Shown here one piece after another: positions 34,029-45,830 of a stretch of 64,000 nucleotides of DNA. The notes beneath the pieces are model-generated. The model was not told the origin of the DNA, made no database searches, and saw only the letters and a program-made list of their open reading frames with translations. Every line of letters starts with the position of its first letter. The first letter of the stretch is position 1. Source of the stretch: Phallusia mammillata. Lineage: Eukaryota. The position numbers were made by a program, and so were the translations under genes. The DNA lies in contig OZ281499.1 of NCBI GenBank assembly GCA_965637545.1, forward strand, positions 26,164,001 through 26,228,000. Direction: 5' to 3'.

Positions 34029-35629
34029 CAGATTTCCATTTGCGAGAGGATTAGAGATTTTTTTCACGACGTTTTGCGTAAATTATCAGTTTTTAACTTA
34101 TTAAATTGTGTGCATTCAGTTGTGAAATAACTGACAAATATATTTTCATTTGCAGCATTCTTTATTTTGTCAAGAATTGCTTTTTTTCTGATAAGAAGAT
34201 GTAAATTTTTGTGTTTAGCATAATCTTGTGCTGATTAAAATTGTTGTTGTTTTTGCAATTAAAATGCATCAACTAAAAAGTCCCAATGTTAAATTATTGT
34301 ATAAATTACCTATCTGTTTAAATTACTATTTTTAGAAAAACATCTGTTTAAAAATTTCTGTGTTTCTTGTAAAAGTTTGACAAGGCTGCAACAAGCTGAC
34401 CATAAACCACCATGATTTCTCTCCTGATATTTTGCAGGAAGCTTGCCACTGCTCAGTGTCTTAATGAATTGCCTTCAACGTGTACTGATGGAAAAATATG
34501 GTTATATAAATTGGATTTAAAACAAATCTTTCAGTTGAATATTGGTTTGGTGATAAAGTTTTCTCAAAATTCTTCCACCAATGTAAGAAATTATGTCAAT
34601 TTGTTGTTTGCCGACAGATTTAGAGATTTTGTCATATTGTTAAACTTGTAGGTTGCACATTGTTTAACGGTAACCTATGTTGCCTATTGTTAAACCTATG
34701 CTGTACTTTAATAAAGTAATGTTACACATAATGTGCCATACACAGATTTACTTAAGAAAAACATGGGTTGCACATAGATTGGGTTTTTATGGGACAAGAT
34801 TATTTAATGTATATATTGCTAATTAGACTATATGTTTTTCAATTGACTATGTAAACAATTTTGACAATTTTTGACCTTTTCTAAAAATTTTGACAAATTG
34901 TTTTCAAAGAAATCAAAAAATAATCACCCTAATGATAATCTGCAAAAAAGTTATTAACAATCTATAAGAAGTGTGTCATTTGTCAACCCTGGACCTTTCC
35001 AACAAAATAAAGAGCTAAATTTCCATGACTTGATGAACCATTTGATGAAGTCTTCCCCTTGATATTGTGGATTTAAGAGGTAAGATATTTACACAGAACA
35101 AAGTGTATTGCAGGTGCCCCGAAGTTCAATGCTGTCATTAAATTTGTTGTTTCAGATTGCTGAATGTTTGAATTAAAGCCACAAAGTTGGATCCTAGCAA
35201 GCCAATGGAAATGTACTTTCCAAGCATTTCGTGGAGCCTGCAAATAGCAAGAAGATGCTTTTACAAAACAATCTAAATAATCAAGGTATTTTTTAAAGGC
35301 GTGTCATTGCCATTAATAATTGCTAACAACATGACATCTGTAAGATAAACTTGAGCGTATTTTTACACATATATATGTAAGGTTAAAAAACTACAGCCAT
35401 CATCACCACTACTTGGATACTGCCATCATCACCACTACTTGGAGGTGTTATAAGTACAATGTAAAGATCATCAATATATTGAAAACTGTCAGTAACCAGA
35501 CATTATTATTATTAGTTTCTTGGGGTCAGGTACTGGATATACATGTAACCAATGTGCTTATTTTTAAAAATTATAGTAAGTGTGTACCACTTTTTGCAGT
35601 GTGGATGTGACAGATGCTGGAGATGGTAT

Positions 35630-36310
35630 TGTACTGACCCAATGGGTAGACAATAAGAACACACTGCCGTATATCTGACTCTAATAAACAAACAAACTAT
35701 CACTGTCGAAACGAACAACAAGACGCAAAACTAGCTTAACGTTCCCACATTATATTTTAATAAGGCATACCACGAGAGCGCCTCTTGCGCTAAACACGCA
35801 ACACAAAAGTCACCGCGCACGAATCAACTGTGAGACATCAATTCTAATGCGTACTCTAGTCACTTAAGGTAGCTTAAGGTAACTTAAGGTAACTTTAGAA
35901 CTGATTTTAAGTCTAAAATGTGTCGATCTTTATAGCGTTCAGGTCAAATCTCGTTATCACCGGCATAGTCGTAAAACGTACGCCCGAGAAGATTAACTGT
36001 GTTCTAAACCGTAATTATTCTTTAAATTGCTTATAGAAGTGTCAAGTTTAACATGGCTGGAAGCAGATTAAGACGTTGCTTCACGTTAACACGTAAGGGG
36101 ATGATAAAACGATAGCCTTAAGCAGTAATTGACCGGAGCAGTAAAGAAAAACAGGTTTAACAGGTGGTCAAGCTTTTGTGTAGAAAAAGGCGAGTTATGA
36201 ACGGGGATGACCGTGGTGATATGACACGACAATTACACGAATTAAAATGTTTTGAATTAAAAAGTCCAAAGTCCGATGTATTTTGAATTAAAAGTCCAAG
36301 GTCCGATACA
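35630..36310. mobile_element. Probable solo LTR (681 bp) of a third LTR family
   Basis: TGTA...TACA ends and 4-bp TSD GTAT (35626-35629 and 36311-36314); absent at 59239-59242 in unit 2. Confidence 0.8.
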
Positions 36311-37888
36311 GTATCATACAAGTTGCACTGGGATCCCAGAAAGTTTTGCTGCTTCTGTATGCTGGCCAAATCCTGTTTGATTTAAAGAGCTTTTTTATTG
36401 TTTACTTCCATTTCTCATTCTGTGTAATAAACAAAATAGCATATTACTGTTTTTGTCACACATAGGTTAACATGCAGAAGCGAGAAGCAAAAATGACTAA
36501 AAACCTAATTTTACTTTTAGCAAATATGTTTAGCAATAATAAGGATAATTTTGTGTGTTTAAAGGGAATGCCAAAAAAACTATGCATACTTTGTAAGCTG
36601 TAATTTTCACAAAAATTGCACTGTCGGTGTGTTCCCGTTTTTTGTCAATTTCCACCTTGTTTTAAAACTGATCCTTACTCTGAGTTGCTGTGTCTTCAAA
36701 CTCTGAAATGAATTTACTTAGTATTTCAATACAAAGATTACTTTCCTTAGATCTTATGGTAAAAAACTAAATATAAAACAAAAATTACCAGCAGGTCCAG
36801 TAATATGATAATATCCAGTTTTGTTGTGTCTTGCATGTATTGCTGATCTGTCATAAAATGTAAAACGTTTTTTCCTTGCTGTTCAAACACTAACCAAAAC
36901 TTGACTAAGTATTACAGGAAACAGCAGCAAAAGTATTTTTTTCCAAGTGTGGAGCTGTAATTCTTGGCTAAGATTAAAATCAGTTCATTCTGGGTGATTA
37001 CTTTCTCTAAGTATTACTTATATAAGATATAAAACACGTCTTTGATGCTTCATAAAGGTTAGTTTCAAACAAATTAAGATTCACAAAAGCGGCAGATGAA
37101 GTGGTTGACATATAATAGCCGAATTAAAACAGTTGCGACCGATCTAAATCAATCTGCTCAGTAGCCAGGAGGAACAGACAACGCTAAACTGTACCGCTAC
37201 CACTAGCGGCGCTACGTGCCAACTCAATATCAATGCGCTTGCCATCTTGTGTATGTAGTATCTATGGCCAATGTCCACGTGAAGCTCAACTGCTAACAAA
37301 AACGGCCTTCCACAAGATGTCGCAAAGCGCGACTTCCTGATTTTGCTGAGTCAGACGTCTTTTTTCTCACGATTTTGACGCATTCTCTCGTTTTTGCGTC
37401 AGGCTTTAGCGAGGCGTTTGCGAGGACACTTCGTAATACCAAATACGTTAGCGAGTTTCTCGCTCGCTAAGTCCTCGCTAAAAAATATTTCAGCGAGCTC
37501 GTTAAGTCAGCGAGCGAGGAAGTGTTGATAATGCCGCCCCAGATCTCAATGTTTTTTTTAGAGCTAATAAGCAATTTCAACAACACAGAAGACATGCGTG
37601 TCAGATTTATGTATTGAGTACAAAAAGGCAAAATTTACAATCCACTGTGTATCAATATAGATGGTAACGTCATAAACAGATTAAACTAATCGCCAAACGG
37701 TTTGGTTTAATCTTTGCATTAAGTTAGAAATCTATCGAAACTGTAGGCACGCTTGTTTTACATCCGTTTATTGCGAGACACTGAATAGAATGAAGCGTGC
37801 ACACAATCCAACATCGCAAGTACTGTCGCGAGTCGCGTGTCGCGTGTAATTTAAAGATACGCTACAATACCCCCCACCAGTGTTCAAG

Positions 37889-40800
37889 TCATACACGATA
37901 ACGCAAAGGTAAATTAATAACACGACCAGAGCGCGTCACTGTTGGATGGGGAGATACGATAGGAGGAGAAACAGGTACAACACGATTGGTAAATTCTTGC
38001 GACGTAAAACTTTGTTCAATATGGGCGGGTTTTAAACGGTCAATTGACACAGTGTCTTGTCGCCCATTAATTTCAAGACAAAAGTATTTAGCGTGCTTTT
38101 GAATAACTCTAAATGGACCGTCATAGGGACATTGTAAGGGTGTACGGTGCGCATCGTTTCGAACAAAAACAAAACTGCAATTGCGTAATAAGCTGGGCAC
38201 TCTGTTATGAGAATGTCGATGCCAGGTTGTCGGGGTCGGTCGCAAATCCCTCATTGTTTCTCGTAGTTTTGAGAGAAACGACGTTGGATCTTGTGGTTCA
38301 GTTGACGACGTGAAAAACTCCCCGGGCAACTGTAGTGTACCACCATACACCAATTCGGCGGTTGAACATCCAATATCTTCCTTAACAGCAGATCTCATTC
38401 CGAGCAGTACGAGTGGAAGATGGTCCATCCAATCGGTGGTTGTTAAGCGTGCTTTTAAAGCGGCTTTTAGCTGACGATGCATTCGTTCCACAATGCCGTT
38501 ACATTGGGCATGGTAGGAGGTTGCTCGTTGTCGATGGGCACCCAATAACATACTAAGGTTGGCCCAAAGTGTTGACTCGAACTGACGACCTCTATCTGAA
38601 GTAATGGTCTGAGGCGTTCCGAAACGTGAGACCCAAGAGAGTAGAGCTCTTGCGCAAGACTGCGCTGTTGCGTCAGTCATGGGGAAAGCTTCTGGCCATC
38701 TAGTGAATCGGTCGATGCACGTGAATAAGTAAGTGCATCCCCGAGAAACGGGAAGAGGTCCGACAATGTCCACATGTATATCAGCAAACCTTCTGGTTGG
38801 CAGTGAAAAAGAGCTGTAAGCAGCAGCTGTATGTTGTTGGATTTTAGCTTTTTGACATTGTAGACAGGTTCGTGCCCAGTTACCAACATCTTTGTTCAAA
38901 CCATGCCACACAAAACGGTCTGAGACCAGTTTACGGCTTGCACGTATGCCTGGATGTGACAAATTATGAATCGCCTGGTAGGTTTGGCGACGATACGCAT
39001 AGGGTACAACAGGACGGGGGTACCCTTTAGAAATATCACAAAGAATCGTTAACTCTGTTCCAAACAAAGGTACATCACACAAATTAAGTGACGTGACCGA
39101 GGTGCGATATGCAATAATTTCTTCATTATTTTGTTGTGCAAGTGCCATTTGAGCGAAATCAATTGCAGATGATGTTGTAGCATTAATGCTGGCTCTCGAC
39201 AATGCGTCAGCAGCAAAATTACTTTTACCCTTTATGTGCTGTATATCAGTAGTAAACTCTGAAATAAAGCACAAATGGCGAACTTGTCGAGGTGACAATG
39301 CAGTAGAGTTTCGTTGGAACACATGAATTAAGGGCTTGTGGTCAGTAAAAATAGCAAACACCCTGCCTTCAACAAAATAACGAAAGTGGCGAATAGATAA
39401 ATAAATAGCAAGAAGCTCGCGATCAAATGTACTGTACCGTGTTTCTGCGGGTTTAAGTTTTCTTGAAAAGAAACCTATTGGTTTCCATTCCCCGTTGTGG
39501 CGTTGTTCCAGTGAAGCGCCAACCGCAGTGCCTGAAGCATCTGTTGTGATTCGTGTAGGCGCGTCAGCCTTAGGAACAAGCATCACTGATTTTGCCAGGG
39601 CTTGTTTTGATGCCTTGAATGCAGTTGTGCAATCCTCTGTCCATTCAAAAGTTTTCTCTGTGCCTGTAAGTGCCTGGTGCAGGGAATGCAAAATTTTTGC
39701 GGCACCAGGGACAAAACGATGGTAGAAATTTACTAGTCCCAAATATTCTCTTAGACTTTTCTTGGACGTTGGTTGGGGAAATTTTTGGATGGCTTCCACC
39801 CTGTTTAAGAGTGGAGAATGCCTTGGGTGGTGATTTGATGTCCCAAAAAGGCTATTGTTGTGCATCCGAATTCACATTTGTCAGGAATCACAACAATCCC
39901 ATAGGTTTGAAGCCGTTTGAAAAGCAAACGCAAATGTCTACGGTGAGCAGACGCCGAAGGGCTGAAAACCAAAATGTCATCGAGATAGACAAAAATAAAA
40001 TCTAAACCTCTGCACACCTCATCCATAAATCGCTGAAACGTCTGAGCAGCATTGCAGAGGCCAAAGGGCATTCGTGTGTGTTCGAATAATCCAAAAGGGG
40101 TGATAATTGCGGTTTTGGAAATATCCTCTTTAGCAACCGGAATGTGGTGATATGCTCTGACAAGGTCAATCTTGCTAAAAATTGTCGCACCATGTAGATT
40201 AGCTGAAGAATCTTGTATTAAAGGAATTGGGTAGCGATCAGGAATAGTGATTTTGTTAAGCTTGCGGTAATCGCCACATGGCCTCCATTGGCCAGACTTT
40301 TTGAGCACCATGTGCAGTGGAGAGGCCCATGTACTTGGTGAACGGCGAACAATCCCTAAATCCAACAAGTTTTGAAACTCTGCTTTAGCACATTTTAGCT
40401 TGTCTGGAGATAGCCGACGAGCTTTGGCATAAGCGGGAGGACCATTGGTAACAATGTAGTGCTTGACGTTGTGTTTCAAGGAAGCATCATTGTATACCGC
40501 ACTTTGCAAAGCTGGGAATTCCATAAAAATAGCTTCAAATTCATTTCTGTTGTTGGTTGCGGCAAACAAGGCAAGCGCGGCAGTGTTAGAAATGCCAGTT
40601 TTGACGCTGTCAAATGTTTTGGCATTTATTAATCTATTTCGACTGAGATCAATAAGTAAACCAAAATGTCGAAAGAAATCGGCGCCAAGAATCGGCTGCG
40701 TGACCTCGGCGATGCTAAAATTCCATGAAAAGATTTCACCCAAACCTAAATTAAGGTTAATTTTTCTGGTGCCAAATGTTGCAATGGTACTTCCGTTTGC

Positions 40801-40959
40801 TGCAACAAGCTTTAGGTTTCGTTGGCAAGTATTGCGATCTATCCGGTTTGCAGGAATAACACTTACTGCGGCACCAGAATCAACCAAAAATGTCCGACCA
40901 GTTGCTTGGTCAGTTACATGCAGAAGGCGGCGAAAATGACCAGCGGCACCAGCCGCCAT
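37889..40959 (-). pseudogene. pol: Gypsy-2 pol (PR-RT-RH-IN), frameshifted in copy A
   Basis: FLVDSG, YLDD, TDAS, HHCC, D-D-E and GPF. A 1-nt loss near 39818 relative to copy B splits the ORF. Confidence 0.92.
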
Positions 40960-40983
40960 TAGTGGCTGGTCTCCACGTTTCCC
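40940..40983 (-). promoter_or_regulatory. Candidate -1 ribosomal frameshift signal between gag and pol; second copy near 63873-63916
   Basis: In-phase G_GGA_AAC (40983-40977), a 6-nt spacer, then the stem ACCAGCC/GGCTGGT; pol lies in the -1 frame. Confidence 0.7.
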
Positions 40984-41648
40984 TTGCGGCTACAAGGCGA
41001 AACACACTTTCTTGCATTATCCCCCCAGCGTCTGTGGTACCAACACAACGTGGGAAACGTGCTTCTTTGCTATTTTCGCCTGTTTGAAAATGCTGTGTTG
41101 CGTTTCAGCAGTGCAACATCTTGTTGTAGTTGGTCTACTTCTGCTAAAAGAGGCTGTGGGTCAACTAGATCAACCATACTGTCGGCTTTTTCGGCAAGCT
41201 CAGTTATATCCAAATCTAGTGCAGCAAGAACAATTCGTAGGTTTGCTGGAAGCCTTTGTAGAAATACCTCACGAAGAATCTGTTTAGCTTCCACGTCACC
41301 CAGTAGTTGTTCCATGTCCCGTAGCATTTGTGAAGGTTTGCAGTCCCCTAGATCATCAGGCCGAAGAAATTTTTGCAGCCTTTGGTGCTGTGACATACCT
41401 ACTCTTCGCAACAAAGCATTCTTTAGTTGTTCGTAGGGTTCCTCACTAGATGGATGCTTAATAATGTCTCTGACCACTGAGGCAATCTCAGGAGTGACAG
41501 CAGAAACAATATGATTAAACTTTGTCAGTGACTGGGTTACTCCTCTGACGGTGAATTGTGCTTCCACCTGCAAAAACCATAGCTCTGGATCTTGCGGCCA
41601 AAAGGGTGGAATTTTGACTGCAACTGGTGTCACATTGCTTTCTGTCAT
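40959..41648 (-). CDS. gag: Gypsy-2 gag with an in-frame TAG at 41072-41070 upstream of the CHCC knuckle
   Basis: [19 protein letters not shown] at the N-terminus; after the TAG the same frame continues [27 protein letters not shown] to TAA at 40961-40959. Confidence 0.85.
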
Positions 41649-41695
41649 GACTGTGAGTTGATTTATAGCTAGCCTACAAATCCAGCATCAATAGC

Positions 41696-41712
41696 TCACG
41701 TCGGGGTCACCA
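41696..41712 (-). other. Primer-binding site complementary to tRNA-Trp
   Basis: TGGTGACCCCGACGTGA begins 2 nt after the LTR end. Confidence 0.9.
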
Positions 41713-42137
41713 TTTGTAGGCACGCTTGTTTTACATCCGTTTATTGCGAGACACTGAATAGAATGAAGCGTGCACACAATCCAACATCGCAAGTACTGTC
41801 GCGAGTCGCGTGTCGCGTGTAATTTAAAGATACGCTACAAAACTATGGAGTACCAATACTAGCAGCATAATATAATGAATCATAGGAGACACTTGGCGCG
41901 ATTGAGGAAACAAACTGACTAAAATGTATTTTTTTTCTCTTGATCATCTGCCACAAGCAAGAAAAAAACAAGTTTCAGGGGTTCTTTAACCTTTAGCTTT
42001 TATATGGCTTGTCTGTTGAAAGTTTATAAGCCCACACGATTCAAAGTTGGCTAGAAACAACAGTGTCAGATTCCGTGAAGCGAGGTTTTTGGCTTCACAG
42101 GGACAACTACAAAAGCAAGCAATGTCTTTGTATATGT

Positions 42138-42566
42138 CAGTGGTTCCCAAACTTTTTCATTAATTTGTCAAAACGGTCACTTTGCCATTATTTCGAGGGC
42201 TCGCGGTCCTTAAGCTGGAATGTGCATTTCAGGAAAACGAAAGTTGATTGCAGGATTTTCGCTAGTTATGCAAAATTGCGCATAATAATGATCTAAACTC
42301 TATAAAAGACAGCTTGTGACATTACAGACAAGACAAAAAGCAGTACGATTGTGCGTGAACAATTGCATTTTTGATAGTTGTCTTTCAATAAAAGCTATTG
42401 TTTAGCAATGGAGACGTCGACTTCTCAATTCTCTTGATTTAAACTTATTCAGTGGCACAAACTGACGCTAAATAAGATTATAGAATTACTTTACCCGCTT
42501 CGCGGTCCCCCCAAAATTGCCTCACGGACCCCTAAAGGACCGCGGACCCCAGTTTGGGAACCGCTG
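42138..42566. mobile_element. hAT (Charlie-like) MITE, 429 bp
   Basis: TIR CAG(T/C)GGTTCCCAAACT and perfect 8-bp TSD GTATATGT. Confidence 0.9.
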
Positions 42567-43244
42567 GTATATGTGTATACCCCTTGTGCCTCCAGTGCTT
42601 TAAACCGTGATGTGTTTTCAGAATGCTTTTAGCGAATTGTTCTAGTGCAATAAGTACGCCGCATCCTGGTTTATGGAATCTTACATTTAAGTTACAACAG
42701 GGATTTTAGACGTGACTAAAAGTCTGGAAGTTTGTGGTTGGATCATTGCTATCAACTACAACACTGCACAGTAAATTTCACGACTTTGTCAAATGTGTCA
42801 TCCAATGATTCCAAACATTGCAGACTTGGTTCAGTTTGCACGATTGCGACTTGTTCAGTTCAGATATTTTAGTTTAGGGGCCACTGATATGTGACACGGA
42901 AGTTTCAACGCGTGTGTGAGGTAACCTAATACAAGTCATTGAATTAAAGCTGACACGGGAGCTGTGGTTATTTCAGTCACAGTTTAAACTTAGGCTTAAC
43001 AAAAGTACATCAAAGCTTTGTACTGAGCTGTATTGCAAATGTTTGAGTAAAAACAACGACTACAAGCGTAAGGAAAAGCTAGTCACAATCAAAATATTAG
43101 CGTTAAAATGCAAATGCCAAAAATTAACAAGTTAAAACTTTCGACTACGACCCAGCAGACAGAGGCAACTATTTGACAGCATCTGACGGTCAATCAAATT
43201 TCTTTTTCAGGAAAACAAACAAAACGAAATCAAAATTCGTCGAT

Positions 43245-44085
43245 ATGGAACTTAAGTTGTTTGCAGTAATAGTATTTTATGCTTGCATTCGGCAAGTACA
43301 TGGCTTAGATTGCATGATCGGATCACAACAAACTGTGGGTACAGACCCTGCAATTGGTACAATTATCCTTGCAACATGTCCGAGCGATCACCTATGTGCC
43401 CGGACTGAAACTACCACGACTGGTAAGTATGAATTCACACCATTTTGCAAAGTAATTAAGCACATGTTGTTTTGCTGGGTACGTATTGTCGATGTTGTGT
43501 CGATGACAACGATAAATATTTTTTTTTATTTGTATGGCATGACAATTATTATTTCAACATATGCTATTATCAGTGTTATTAAACTTCAAAATAAGCGATC
43601 GAGTGTTTTTATCTTTTTTTATCAATAAAACGCCATTTTTCCATAACCCTGTCTTGTGCCGTATTTTTGTGCTTTAGTTGATGCAGTTGCCACTGAAGAC
43701 GTTTTGGTATTTTGCTCAACTCAAAGTGCTTGCGACGTTCTATGCCACGGTGCAGCGTAAGTCAGTTTATAAATATCCATTATCGAAATTTCACACGTAA
43801 ATAAAAACCTTTCACGCCACATCATGTCGGATGTTGCACTTCGTTACCTGATAAAGTTTCAGTTTAAATCCCAATATGTAATTTTGGAGTTGTTGTAGTA
43901 AATACATGTTTACAGGAATTGTGTTGGGGCTTGCTGCAATGAAAACAACTGCAACAACGAACCAGTGGCAACCATCAAGAACATTGTGAAATGTTTTACT
44001 GGAACCGACACTGATGCCCCCTTGACGATCATTGAAGCATGTGGAGAGGGAGAGTATTGTGGAAGAATGGAAGTAACAGACGCGG
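43245..44085 (+). pseudogene. Truncated paralog of the Ly6/uPAR-repeat gene (first three exons only)
   Basis: Exons 43245-43422, 43678-43756 and 43916-44085 have the same phases and Cys pattern (signal MELKLFAVIVFYACIRQVHG; CARTET; CCNENNCN). No further exons were found. Confidence 0.72.
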
Positions 44086-44536
44086 GTAAGGTTGACCTCC
44101 AAATAATAATTAGTCCGTTTTTACGCATTTAGCAGTAAAACATCTTCCGCACTCTGCAGTGATATAGATTATGCCAAGCAGGAAACAAAAAGCAAGTAAC
44201 GCTATCAGAACTTTCCAAGAAAGGTTGACATGTGACTTTAAGTCCCCTGTAAGATTAGTAATTTATGACAGCGAGATGGAAAAATCGCTTCGCATTGCTC
44301 CATCGTCCATCTCACCGAATATTGCCAAACTAGTTAAGAGAACAACTTCACATTGAAATGTCGACGTATGGGAAAAACCTTGTTGACTTTACTATATCTT
44401 GGTATGTTTATTGTTCTTATAACTGTAAACGAGGATAATAGACATTTCTAAGATTAGAATTTCGGTGTGAGGATTTTAATTAGAAATTATAAGACAGCTA
44501 TTTCTAAGATTTTTTAAATTAGCAGTAACTTTCAAG

Positions 44537-44599
44537 TGGCCCGCGCAATCATTCGTAAACCGCATGTGGCCCTTTGGCCAAAAAGGTTGGACACCCCTG
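44537..44599. mobile_element. Terminal fragment of a hAT-like MITE
   Basis: Ends AGGTTGGACACCCCTG, preceded by GTGGCCC motifs; no partner end or TSD found. Confidence 0.45.
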
Positions 44600-44869
44600 T
44601 TCTATAATCTTATTTGTCTGGTGATGCGAGTGTTAAAATGTGTAGTAAGTCAAATCTACCAAGCAATGCTCCTTTGCTACGTTACAAGGAAAAAAGAAAG
44701 CAATTGTTCGCGAACAATTATTTTTAGTCTTTTTTGTGATGTAACAAACTGCCTTGGTTGAAATCCTATGAGACTAGGTAACGTTAATCCTACACGTCGT
44801 GGCAGGAATATCTGACCCGCGGCCGTAGTTTGGTGCAAAAAAATTGCGAGTTGTCGGCTTTCAGTAAAT

Positions 44870-45328
44870 CAGTGCTCTTCAACCTTTTTAGTGGCACGGA
44901 ACCCCCAAGGTGTTTTGTCAAACTTTGCGGAACCCCCAATAAAATAACTTTAATGAGCGTAAGAAGTAGGCTATGTCAAAGAAAAAGATTTCATTTTTCT
45001 TAACACACCCAAAGCACATAATAAAAGTTGAAATCAGTTGAATGACTATTTGAAACACGTTGCCGTGTTACTTGGATCGGTCGTTTTTATATTATATCGC
45101 AATTTGGAGTGGATCATGGCTGTGTTTATTACGTCACAATTGATCAATGGTGTAACCAAGGTTAACAATATTGAACAGGCGAGCATTGCTGTTCGTAACA
45201 GTGATATTATGAATCATTCGTGTTTGACTTGCAACACCTAACCGCTGCGAACCCTTAAAGTTCATGGAACCCCTGTAAGGGTTGTACGGAACCCTAAGGT
45301 TCCGCGGAACCCCGGTTGAAGAGCACTG
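44870..45328. mobile_element. hAT-like MITE, 459 bp
   Basis: TIR CAGTGCTCTTCAACC at both ends and GGAACCC subterminal repeats; the TSD is degenerate (5/8). Confidence 0.75.
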
Positions 45329-45688
45329 AGGAAAATAGGAGGTGACACTACGTTGGTTATTTGTGTGAACAGCCTCGGTATAATCAAAGATTCAGTATTT
45401 GCAAAAACAAAATTGGTGTTGTTGACGGTGACTCAAACGTTTCAAGTCAATGGAAGAAAAATTACAACTGAAAAGTGCCAAAAAGTTTGAGCGTTTACAA
45501 ATTCAAAAAAACGCGACTCTGCAAAAAATAGGTTGATTCCGAGTAAAGTTTCGGCAACACTTACAAGAACGTCCATACGGACCAGGACGTGATTTTAGTA
45601 AAATATATTTGTGGTCAAAGGCCAAAATAGTTGCTGATTGTCAGCTTTGGTAAAACAGCGGTTTAACAATTTAACGGTAGTTTATGTG

Positions 45689-45830
45689 AACTATTTTCTT
45701 ACGTTACACATGGATTTCAACCTACTGCGAAGTGTGTTAATGTAAGCTGTGTCTCAGTGTTATGATATATTTGAACTGATTCTGTACATTCCAAAACCGC
45801 TTGATTTTGAAAACGCTAAATATAACTTTA
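45689..45830 (+). repeat. Diverged copy of the Ly6/uPAR-repeat gene 3' UTR
   Basis: Aligns with about 5362-5497 (AACTATTTTCTTACGTT..GGATTTCAACCTACTG..GATTCTGTACATTCCAAAA). Confidence 0.8.

Larger units (their letters stand above)
33340..37266. mobile_element. Non-autonomous P-superfamily-like DNA transposon nested in the Harbinger, copy 1
   Basis: TIR CATAGATACTACATAC(C/A)CAAGAT (22/23), a second inner inverted block of about 40 bp, and a 7-bp TSD GCCAATG (33333-33339 and 37267-37273). CA..TG ends with a 7-8 bp TSD fit P elements. No transposase recognised. Confidence 0.7.
7135..37539. mobile_element. PIF/Harbinger DNA transposon, copy 1, inflated to 30.4 kb by nested insertions
   Basis: TIRs GGGCGGCATTA(CG/TC)AACAC at 7135 and 37539 (16/18 match), 3-bp TSD CAG (7132-7134 and 37540-37542), many subterminal CTCGCTAA/TTAGCGAG motifs, and convergent transposase and Myb-like genes. 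Confidence 0.93.
37742..41839 (-). mobile_element. Gypsy-2: compact CsRn1-like LTR retrotransposon (4098 bp), copy A
   Basis: Matching 125-bp LTRs (37742-37866 and 41715-41839), TSD AAAC, tRNA-Trp PBS, PPT GGTGGGGGG near 37870, and CHCC motif [18 protein letters not shown]. Confidence 0.96.

Noticed and set aside
41696-41712. tRNA-Trp gene
   Set aside because: Only the 17-nt 3' end is present, adjacent to an LTR; it is a PBS.
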